Positions 1 through 7,454 of a DNA stretch of 64,000 nt are shown here, piece by piece. The notes below the pieces were generated by a model that saw only the letters and a program-made list of their open reading frames with translations, was not told where the DNA came from and made no database searches. Each line of letters opens with the position of its first letter. Within the stretch, counting starts at the first letter, position 1. Origin of the DNA: Candidatus Bathyarchaeota archaeon (GTDB taxonomy: Archaea; Thermoproteota; Bathyarchaeia; Bathyarchaeales; Bathycorpusculaceae); contig CAWEPZ010000011.1 of NCBI GenBank assembly GCA_963811105.1, positions 800,001-864,000 on the forward strand. The letters run 5' to 3'. Made by a program: the position numbers and the translations under genes.

Positions 1-871
1 AGGCTTCGTCATAGGCTACTGGCGCTGACAATTGTCCAGTTTCTCCGCTGATGATACCTGCGAGGACACTGCCTTGCACTCGCCATGCTATGTGGGCGGA
101 GTTCGGTCCTTGTACCCATGGGGTGAATTTGTAGTTGCTCATGTATGTGTTTGTGTTAACTGGCCATTCAGTGCCTCCCCCTACGCCGTTAAATGGACAA
201 TGGCCTGCGATTACCCACCAGTCTCTGTTCTCTGGTGAGATTGGTCGCGTCCAGTAATCTGTTGGCAATGCTGCTAGAGGCCAAGACATCACTTGCTGTT
301 CCTGTACAACGAGTTCGCGATCTCCTGTGGTTGCTGGCTTGTAATAGACTGACTGTGGAAAGCTTGAAGTTGTTCCTCCGCCAAACGCGGCTCCACTTCC
401 GGTACTGTAGTTTCCTGCTGGGAAGTATCCGCCTGGAAAGTCAAACCTAAGTTTCCAAGTACCAACCTGGTCAACTGTGTACTCAAGCCATGCAGTTCCA
501 TCGCCACGATATGTTGTAAGTGGACCTATTGCGTCTTTGGTGCCGTCTGGTTTAGTGATCACTAATTGGAGATTGCCCAAGGCTCGACTTACGTGGGTTG
601 GTGGTTGGAACCAGATGTTAATCAGTATTTTTTGTCCGACACCAACGGGGTTTGGTGTGAAGCTTATGTGAGCTAGGGTTTCTAAAGTTACGTCGGGTGT
701 AACTCCGGTGGGAAGGGCTATTGAAGTTCCGTTTTGCAGATTCGTGGGTGTGATGCCTACAGGTATTGTTGTTTGCGCTTCTACTGGGATTGTTATCAGT
801 ACGATAGAAGCCAAGGTAAGAAATATGATAAATATCGCGGTTGCTTTTGCTAATTTAGGTTTAATTTGCAT
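1..871 (-). CDS. Large secreted Ig/beta-propeller (PQQ-like) surface protein, paralog 1; N-terminal ~290 aa, runs off the left edge
   Basis: Not in the ORF track. Manual translation from ATG at 871 gives MQIKPKLAKATAIFIIFLTLASIVLITIPVEAQ...SFTPNPVGVGQKILINIW...TKPDG...GGYFPAGNY...LPTDYWTRPISPENRDWW...GPNSAHIAW, the same blocks as the other paralogs. GGAG RBS upstream. Confidence 0.93.
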   Translation of the reverse strand, partial: MQIKPKLAKATAIFIIFLTLASIVLITIPVEAQTTIPVGITPTNLQNGTSIALPTGVTPDVTLETLAHISFTPNPVGVGQKILINIWFQPPTHVSRALGNLQLVITKPDGTKDAIGPLTTYRGDGTAWLEYTVDQVGTWKLRFDFPGGYFPAGNYSTGSGAAFGGGTTSSFPQSVYYKPATTGDRELVVQEQQVMSWPLAALPTDYWTRPISPENRDWWVIAGHCPFNGVGGGTEWPVNTNTYMSNYKFTPWVQGPNSAHIAWRVQGSVLAGIISGETGQLSAPVAYDEA

Positions 872-1228
872 TTTCTCTTTTCTCCTTCTTCAGAATTGTT
901 TTGGTCCATTTTTAAAACTATCGCCTGCGTTCTTATAGGTTAAGAAAAATTGTATATTTTCCTATTTAGCGTTAATTTTTTACACCATTAAAAATTATCA
1001 TTGAAGTATCATTTTGTTCTTCTTTTTCAAAAGATACGTAGTCGTGTTTGATAGAAAAAAATTCAATAATACTTAAAGAATTTATTCGTTTTTTTAAGTT
1101 ACTTCTTGTTAATGAAAAGTTTTAAAAAGTAGTTCAATAGAACGCTTAATTGGGTAAGTAGTGACTTTAAGACATCGATTTAAGGACAATGAGCTTATAT
1201 TTTGATCATTCTCTTTTCTCCTTAATTT

Positions 1229-1363
1229 GTGAAAATCTCGAATAGGAATAGTCTCGCCCAAAAAACTTTCGACCGTCTAAAAAGCTACATTTCTGATTTA
1301 AAAGACCTCGATTTAATCGAAGACCAGCTTTCATACAACCTTACTCAAAAAGGCAATCAATAG
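1229..1363 (+). pseudogene. Possible winged-helix regulator fragment
   Basis: 44 aa ending ...TFDRLKSYISDLKDLDLIEDQLSYNLTQKGNQ* resembles the recognition helix and wing (Y.LT.KG) of small archaeal wHTH proteins. No N-terminal half. Confidence 0.35.
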
Positions 1364-1644
1364 ATTCGGCGTTTCAAGAGCTTTCAAGGCTGCAACTAAG
1401 GTCTTGAGTTCTTCCTCTATTAAAGGCAACTCAATTGGCAAAATTAACTTATCAAAGGTAGTTGTTGATGGCGTGTTTTTTTCACTCCCATCAACAACTT
1501 CTAAGCCTAAACGAGATGTTTTCATTTGTACTGAGGTAAGGCTTTTGACCAGAACCTTTGCAATAGAATGCAAAGACTTTTTTCTGTTAACAGTTGTCGA
1601 AGTTGCTTTTCATCCTCAACTGTCCAAGGTTTACCCCTCGCCAT
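1331..1644 (-). pseudogene. Frameshifted HTH-like protein of a mobile-element remnant
   Basis: ATG at 1644 gives MARGKPWTVEDEKQLRQLLTEK. One missing A in the A6 run (1578-1583) shifts into ...HSIAKVLVKSLTSVQMKTSRLGLEVV...LPIELPLIEEELKTLVAALKALETP. The WT.E-E..L..L and IA..L.KS..SV..K..RLGL pattern is Myb/HTH-like. Confidence 0.6.
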
Positions 1645-1922
1645 TAAGCTTGGTTCCACCTGGTAAGAATCGATGTTTTTTCCCTACAAATAGCCCGATT
1701 ATAATTCCGGTTATGTCTGTGGTTGCTGCGAAAACTTCACTGTTCCAACTGCCTAGAAAAACCATGTGGGGCAATCTCCAGGAATGATAGACAAATGGCC
1801 ATTGCAATCGCAAATTCCACGCCCAGAACTAAGCGTTCGTCTGGTAATTCAACTTCAGAGGTTGTGCGGCCACAGACTTGGTGGCGTCGAGTGAGGGCAC
1901 GCGTAATCAGATTTTCCGCCAA
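1631..1922 (-). pseudogene. Frameshifted small membrane protein (element remnant)
   Basis: Two overlapping ORFs join into one two-TM protein: MAENLITRALTRR...LVLGVEFAIAMAICLSFLEIA / HMVFLGSWNSEVFAATTDITGIIIGLFVGKK, with the frameshift near 1765-1770. Confidence 0.5.
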
Positions 1923-2081
1923 GGAAGCCTCATCCTCATTCTCACCCTCTGCATTCGATGATACATGAATATCCTGGGAGAGCGTGGGTTTAGAAGATTA
2001 GATGAGACAATGCTTGAGCGAGACTGTCCTGAACTGCTCTTGGCGAAGCTAAGAATCATGCAATCTGCAATTTAGTTCTTC

Positions 2082-2098
2082 AAAAAAAGGGAGAAAAA
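2082..2098 (-). terminator. Archaeal U-rich terminator of paralog 2
   Basis: Minus-strand TTTTTCTCCCTTTTTTT just downstream of the stop at 2109. Confidence 0.55.
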
Positions 2099-2108
2099 TA
2101 GGGGGTTT

Positions 2109-4655
2109 TTAAGCTTTTTTCCTCGCTAAGATTGCGCCTACAATTATTATGGCGACTATTATGGCTATTATGCCTGCTACAAGGTAGGTTGCTAAGTCGC
2201 TGTTGCTTACGGTTTCTTTCGCGGTTGTTGGTGTTTGTGTCGGTAATGATGCTGGTTGTACTACTGAAGCGTATGCTTGTGCCCAGGAGCTTCCATATGA
2301 ATCGTCGCCTGCGAAAGTAGCGGTTATCTTATATTCTCCAACTATTGACGGTGTCCAAACGTAGCCGAATGTGCCGCTTGCTCCGTCTGACGTAACTGTA
2401 GCAATGTGTACAAAGTTTCCGTTAGGGTCAACTGCATCTATAGACACTGGAACTCCTATGATGTTTGCCGGCACTTGCTGTTGCATGTACAGGTAATCCA
2501 TCCAGGCACCCATTGATTGCGCTGACACACACGGTGTTCCGGGTTGAGCTGGGGATTGATCCAAGACGCTGCCTGATATGACCGCGGTGTGTCCAGTATC
2601 GAGTTCTGTTTGTGGTACCGATATTGATGTGGATGATAGACCTTTGCCAAAGGCGTACAAGTATCCATCATATGAGTTGCCTGCGGTAAGATAGCCGTCT
2701 GATATTGCTCCTGGCGCCATAGGACCGATCACGCTCCATATACCTTGGCCTGTTGTGGCATTGATGCAGTAAAGTCCCCAACCTCTCGTAATAGGCTGGC
2801 TTGGTGTGTGCTCTGTGTTGTATGTGTAGAGTTTTCCATCGGCTACCTTGGCTGAACCAAAGAATGGGTATTCGCCAGTGCCATTTGACATCGTATATGG
2901 CGTTTCAAACGGTGGTGCTGGTGCTTGGAATTTCCAGGCGCGTTGTCCTGTGCTCTCGTTGAAAGCTACTACGCCGTCGTATGTTTGCCAGTAGAAGAAG
3001 CCATATGCTGTTTCAGCGCTGTATGACCCGAACTGTCCCCATGGATAGTCAAATTGGGTTGTGGTCCAAACGAGTTTTCCAGTGAATAGGTCGAAGCAGT
3101 CAAGAATTCCTGCATCCATCGGAATGAACACTTTTCCATCGCCAACTGAGTCTGCGGCAGGATAGTATGATGTGTCGTCTGTCGTAAGGTTGTAGAGTAC
3201 TTGTCCAGTTACTATGCTAATTCCAACTATACGCGTTCCATAAGCTCCACCGGCTAATCCAAATTCTGCCCCTGTGACGGCAGCTCCACCAGAAGCTGAC
3301 CCAAATATGCCTGCAACTGTTCCTACTGCCACGCCAGTATCAAAATCGGCTAGCATCCCTGTTCCTCCTGGTGCCATGCTTACTGGCCAGCTTACGTTGC
3401 CAACTATTCTTGTTGCAAAGTTCGTGCTAGTTCCGGCGGTTGTCCAGTTTATCATTCGCCACGCTGTCGAGTTAATAGTCTGTACACTTATTACATAATT
3501 GTTATTGTAGAATGTTCCCGATGTCAACGGAGAAATCGAAACATTAAGCGTAACCGCGCCAGTGAAAGCATTTATCTTGTATAACCGACCACCGCTTAAA
3601 TTGATTAAATCGACCGTTTCGCCGTTCGCTGCTGTACCGAGGTCTTGGGCTGAAGTTGTTGCCGGCGCAATGTATGAGATTGCTGTGGGGGTAATTCCGC
3701 CTTGTGAAACTGGTATAGCATAATACTGTTGTCCTGTTTGTAGATCATAGCACACTGCGCAGCTTGTGGGAACTCCATTGATTGGTACTGTTTGAGTTTG
3801 GTAACATCGGCCAAGATAGATTACGCTTGGAGTGCCCGCCGAAGCTTGTATGCTGTATTGTCCTGCTTCACCGCCTATTATGCCACCTACGGCTTCTTGT
3901 TGTCGCCATACGATGTGTGCTGTGTTTGGAGCCGTAACGTAAGGACCACAGTAGCTTACGATACTGTTGTAGTAAGCCCATGGGAAGTTTCCTGCAATTG
4001 ATGACCATTCTCTATTATCGGGGGATATCGGTCTAGTCCAATAGTCCGTTGGTAATGGTGAATACCATGACATCACTGGTTGTTCTTGTACTACAAGAGT
4101 CTGTACCGGCGTTTTGGCTGGCTCATAATATGTTGATGGGTAATCGCGTTGGTCCATGAAGCTTGATCCTGCTGGTGCTGAATTGTTTAGAATGCCGTTG
4201 ACATATCGTCCTGCTGGGTAGTAATCGCCTGCGTAAGTAAACTGTACTGTCCAGTTGCCTGCTTGGTCAGGGGCATAGGAGAAATAATTCGTTCCATCAG
4301 CTACAAAGGAGTTAAAAGGTCCAACGACATGTTTTGTTCCGTCTGGTTTGGTGAAAGTAACGGTGTATCCTGTGTGCGCTCGGTTAGCTCCAATTGGTGG
4401 TATGATCCAAACGTTGACTAATAATGTTTGACCTACCCCGATTGGATTAGGACTGAAACTTAGGTATACAGTGTCTTGATAAGTATAAGCGGGGGTAACT
4501 CCTGAAGGTAAAGGTCCGCCTGCGGTGTTTGGGTCTTGATTTTGTTGAGCTTTAACTGGCATTGCTATGATAGCGATTGAAGACAGCAGAAATAGTATTG
4601 CAAATATCGTCTCCAAAAGAATTCTATTCTTTGTATTTATTCTTAGTGGGTTTAT
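2109..4655 (-). CDS. Large secreted Ig/beta-propeller (PQQ-like) surface protein, paralog 2
   Basis: 835 aa from TTG 4616. The frame stays open to an ATA at 4655 that follows a GAGGAGG RBS. Signal peptide, family blocks (LPTDYWTRP, AHIVW, CYDLQTG, EHTPSQP..RGW, DGYL, DQSPAQPGTPCVS, GDDSYGSS), Thr/Pro linker, C-terminal TM and basic tail. Confidence 0.93.
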   Translation of the reverse strand: MNPLRINTKNRILLETIFAILFLLSSIAIIAMPVKAQQNQDPNTAGGPLPSGVTPAYTYQDTVYLSFSPNPIGVGQTLLVNVWIIPPIGANRAHTGYTVTFTKPDGTKHVVGPFNSFVADGTNYFSYAPDQAGNWTVQFTYAGDYYPAGRYVNGILNNSAPAGSSFMDQRDYPSTYYEPAKTPVQTLVVQEQPVMSWYSPLPTDYWTRPISPDNREWSSIAGNFPWAYYNSIVSYCGPYVTAPNTAHIVWRQQEAVGGIIGGEAGQYSIQASAGTPSVIYLGRCYQTQTVPINGVPTSCAVCYDLQTGQQYYAIPVSQGGITPTAISYIAPATTSAQDLGTAANGETVDLINLSGGRLYKINAFTGAVTLNVSISPLTSGTFYNNNYVISVQTINSTAWRMINWTTAGTSTNFATRIVGNVSWPVSMAPGGTGMLADFDTGVAVGTVAGIFGSASGGAAVTGAEFGLAGGAYGTRIVGISIVTGQVLYNLTTDDTSYYPAADSVGDGKVFIPMDAGILDCFDLFTGKLVWTTTQFDYPWGQFGSYSAETAYGFFYWQTYDGVVAFNESTGQRAWKFQAPAPPFETPYTMSNGTGEYPFFGSAKVADGKLYTYNTEHTPSQPITRGWGLYCINATTGQGIWSVIGPMAPGAISDGYLTAGNSYDGYLYAFGKGLSSTSISVPQTELDTGHTAVISGSVLDQSPAQPGTPCVSAQSMGAWMDYLYMQQQVPANIIGVPVSIDAVDPNGNFVHIATVTSDGASGTFGYVWTPSIVGEYKITATFAGDDSYGSSWAQAYASVVQPASLPTQTPTTAKETVSNSDLATYLVAGIIAIIVAIIIVGAILARKKA

Positions 4656-4853
4656 TTGTTTTTCCTCCTCTCAGATAAGCGATACCTGGCTATCACCTTT
4701 AAGTGTTTTCAATCTTTGATAAAAAATATTGCAAATGATATTATGATTATTGAAGTAGTGAATTTTATGCAATCTATAGTTAGTATCACTTTTTTGATTT
4801 TGCAATAATTAGTTTTAGGTGCGGTTTTTTGAAATTTTTGCAATCAGAAACAC

Positions 4854-5405
4854 ATGTTGAATGGCAAAAAATATAACCGATTCACGGAGCTTATTTACAA
4901 ATATGGGCGTTGGGTAAGAGGAATACGCAAGGGGACTAATGTTGATAATATAGATATTGAAATATTAAAAATTCTTTTAACAGATGCTAGAGAGAATCAA
5001 AAGAGCATAGCGAAAAAATGTGGGATAACGGCTGTTTCAGTTCTTAGAAGGATCAAAAGATTGGAAGCTGAGGGCGTTATTGTTGGAACAGGGGTGATAT
5101 TGAACAGAGAAGTGCTTGGTAGTCCGTACGAGGCTACGATTTTAATAGACGCTTGTAATACATTAGAAGAAGACATAAAAAATAAAGTTAGGCAGACAAA
5201 GAATATTTTGGTTTGTGCAGAGAGCATCGGGAGATACAATTTGTGTGCACTTATCGTTGTTCATGACCTTAACGAGCTAAATGAAACTGTTGGTAAAATA
5301 AGAAACATTAAGGGAGTAAACACAGTAAACGTCAATATTTGGACGGGCAATAGGTATGGCAATTTTGCAAAAAACCTCAAGGTCGCTGAAAGCCAATGGA
5401 AATAG
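4854..5405 (+). CDS. Lrp/AsnC family transcriptional regulator
   Basis: DNIDIEILKILLTDAR...IAKKCGITAVSVLRRIKRLEAEGVI HTH plus RAM domain (GRYNL). True start is probably nearer 4940. Confidence 0.9.
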   Translation: MLNGKKYNRFTELIYKYGRWVRGIRKGTNVDNIDIEILKILLTDARENQKSIAKKCGITAVSVLRRIKRLEAEGVIVGTGVILNREVLGSPYEATILIDACNTLEEDIKNKVRQTKNILVCAESIGRYNLCALIVVHDLNELNETVGKIRNIKGVNTVNVNIWTGNRYGNFAKNLKVAESQWK

Positions 5406-5896
5406 ATGCTACAGATACTCAAATCTTAATTGAATTAATGACCAACGGCCAAATGCCTTTTTCAAAAATCAGCCAAAAAATAGGTGTGTCACGGGAGACT
5501 GTCAGAAAAAGATTTGAAAAGATGAAAAAAGAAGGGGTCATTGAAAAAATTACAATTCTTATTGACGGTCATAAGATTGGAGTTCAAGGCACAGCTTTCT
5601 TGATGATAACGTGCTTAAGAGGTGCAAACAAAGCAGCAATATTTAAAAACCTCAAGATTACACCAGACGTCTGTTTGGTTACTGAACTATTGGGCGACTT
5701 CGATTTTTTTGTTTGGGCAAGCGTAAGAGACATGCAGCAAATAGCTCAACTGACCAACGACGTCAGAAAATATGAAGGCGTAGACAGAATTGAAACTATG
5801 CTACTAACTCAAACTTACTTTGCCTTTTCTTTGATTCCCAAAATCTCTGTAAAATGCGATGGATTAGATTTCCCAAACCGCTTTCATCCTGAGTAA
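5396..5896 (+). CDS. Lrp/AsnC family transcriptional regulator (second of an overlapping pair)
   Basis: MEIDATDTQILIELMTNGQMPFSKISQKIGVSRETVRKRFEKMKKEGVI HTH plus RAM domain (LGDFDF). Overlaps the previous gene by 10 nt. Confidence 0.92.
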   Translation: MEIDATDTQILIELMTNGQMPFSKISQKIGVSRETVRKRFEKMKKEGVIEKITILIDGHKIGVQGTAFLMITCLRGANKAAIFKNLKITPDVCLVTELLGDFDFFVWASVRDMQQIAQLTNDVRKYEGVDRIETMLLTQTYFAFSLIPKISVKCDGLDFPNRFHPE

Positions 5897-5949
5897 CTTT
5901 CGACAGAAAGCAGCAGAGGCACTTGGAAGAATAGTGGGATAAGTGAAAA

Positions 5950-6534
5950 CTATGATAGTTTTTCAGGCGTCACCCAAGCGGGTTTGCCTTCCACTATCTC
6001 CCGCTCAGAAGGCATGGGATAGTGCAAGCCTAACGCTTCAAACAACCCCTGCTCGGTTTCCCCGGCGACTGCCACGCCATCCATGATTAGACCTTCGCTG
6101 TATTTGATTCGCATTCCTTTGGAAATGGCGCAGCCAGCAAGCCACATATTATGTTCCGCCGACCTCGTTCGGACAAGCAAATGAATGCCAAAAGTCGATG
6201 GTTGAGCATGGTAGAAATCAACTTGAAAAAGACCACCGTGACAAGGCAAGAATGCTTTTATGACACTGTTACCCTGACAGCTAGGTTTAGCCTTCAGGCG
6301 TCTTAGTTCTTCACTTATCTTTTGCCATTCAAAATCGCTCTTTGCGACCACGACAAAATCAATGTCATGCACCTTAGGTCTCTGCCGCCTGATGCTACCA
6401 GCAATTTCTATCTTGACACAATGAGAACATACAACAGTTTTTACCTGGTTCGCTACTTTTTCTGCATCTTTCAGGTCAATCTCGGCCAGTACAGGAACTT
6501 CGTTTTCTGGAAAAAGCGTGGATTGTTTCTTCAT
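5950..6534 (-). CDS. Minimal DNA polymerase X family protein (palm and thumb only)
   Basis: IAGSIRR...HDIDFVV nucleotidyltransferase motif, QVDFY third Asp, FGIHLLVRTRSAEHN (family TGS..HN), E..LFEALGL.Y..P.ERE. No lyase or PHP domain; 194 aa. Confidence 0.85.
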   Translation of the reverse strand: MKKQSTLFPENEVPVLAEIDLKDAEKVANQVKTVVCSHCVKIEIAGSIRRQRPKVHDIDFVVVAKSDFEWQKISEELRRLKAKPSCQGNSVIKAFLPCHGGLFQVDFYHAQPSTFGIHLLVRTRSAEHNMWLAGCAISKGMRIKYSEGLIMDGVAVAGETEQGLFEALGLHYPMPSEREIVEGKPAWVTPEKLS

Positions 6535-6567
6535 AACGTTCGCCTTTCTTCAGTTGTAACGTGGATT

Positions 6568-6870
6568 TTATAGTTTGCTTTTCATCTCCGGTTGAGGTTG
6601 GGTGCATATTTTTTGCCAAATTACATCGTTTAGTTTGTACTCGAGTTCCCGCAACTTCATCTGCTGAGCCGACAGAATAGACAGCACCATAGGCTCAAAG
6701 ATTATGGGGTTACACGCTGCCCCGCTTGCCATCCCATTATCCCTGCGTATATCCATCAGCTCACCAAAGGCAATTCGTGCTTCCTCATTTGGCATAGCAT
6801 TTCTAAATCTTTTCCACCTATGAATCTCAAACTCTAAAGCCATACGGTAAGAAGGAACAGTCTTTCCCAT
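6568..6870 (-). CDS. Conserved small archaeal helical protein of the type usually encoded in PolB2/repair operons
   Basis: MGKTVPSYRMALE.EI.RW..FR.A....IFEPMVLSIL pattern, recognised from memory of archaeal polB2-linked small proteins. Confidence 0.6.
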   Translation of the reverse strand: MGKTVPSYRMALEFEIHRWKRFRNAMPNEEARIAFGELMDIRRDNGMASGAACNPIIFEPMVLSILSAQQMKLRELEYKLNDVIWQKICTQPQPEMKSKL

Positions 6871-6994
6871 CTATGTTAAGCCTCCACACAATTCGTTGTC
6901 TCAATCATAACCAATCACTTGGGGCTCCCGCTCTTAGTTTAGACTGCTTAAAAAGAAAGCGAACAAACAACTCATTTAAGCAGTGGAGAGGTAG

Positions 6995-7170
6995 ATGAAA
7001 ATAAAAAAATTGCTTTCGTCTGAACTGCTGGCTCAAATTCAGAATTTCATCGAAGAAAAGAAAGCAATTCGGCTACACCAGCAAAGAAGAATTTGTCCGC
7101 AAGGCCATACGCTACAGACTAACCTGGCTCAAAGGCGAGACAATTTGTGAACTTCATGTCAAATCTTAAA
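6995..7170 (+). pseudogene. Frameshifted ribbon-helix-helix (CopG-like) protein
   Basis: MKIKKLLSSELLAQIQNFIEE, then a frameshift in the A-rich tract near 7055-7062, then KQFGYTSKEEFVRKAIRYRLTWLKGE. GY.S..EFVR.AIR is the RHH helix signature. End approximate. Confidence 0.6.
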
Positions 7171-7416
7171 GAACATTGTACCTTAGACACTCATATCGCA
7201 GCGTGCATATATATGGAAAAATAACATCTTTAGCTATGTTATTACCTATTAGTACAATAATCAGGTAACCAAAAGACTAGAATGACGAAACATCTCAAGC
7301 ATAAAGTGAGCTGCTAATATTGGTATTTACAGTTAAAATTTGAGATTGCCCCATGCCTTCTTGGTTCGAAAGCTCAATAGTAAATTCAGTGTTAATTCTC
7401 TTCTAACAAGTCTCCC

Positions 7417-7434
7417 AAAAAGAAAAAAGGGAAA
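7417..7434 (-). terminator. U-rich terminator of paralog 3
   Basis: Minus-strand T-tracts (TTTCCCTTTTTTCTTTTT) after the stop at 7455. Confidence 0.5.
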
Positions 7435-7454
7435 TGATTTTTTGACGAGCTGTT

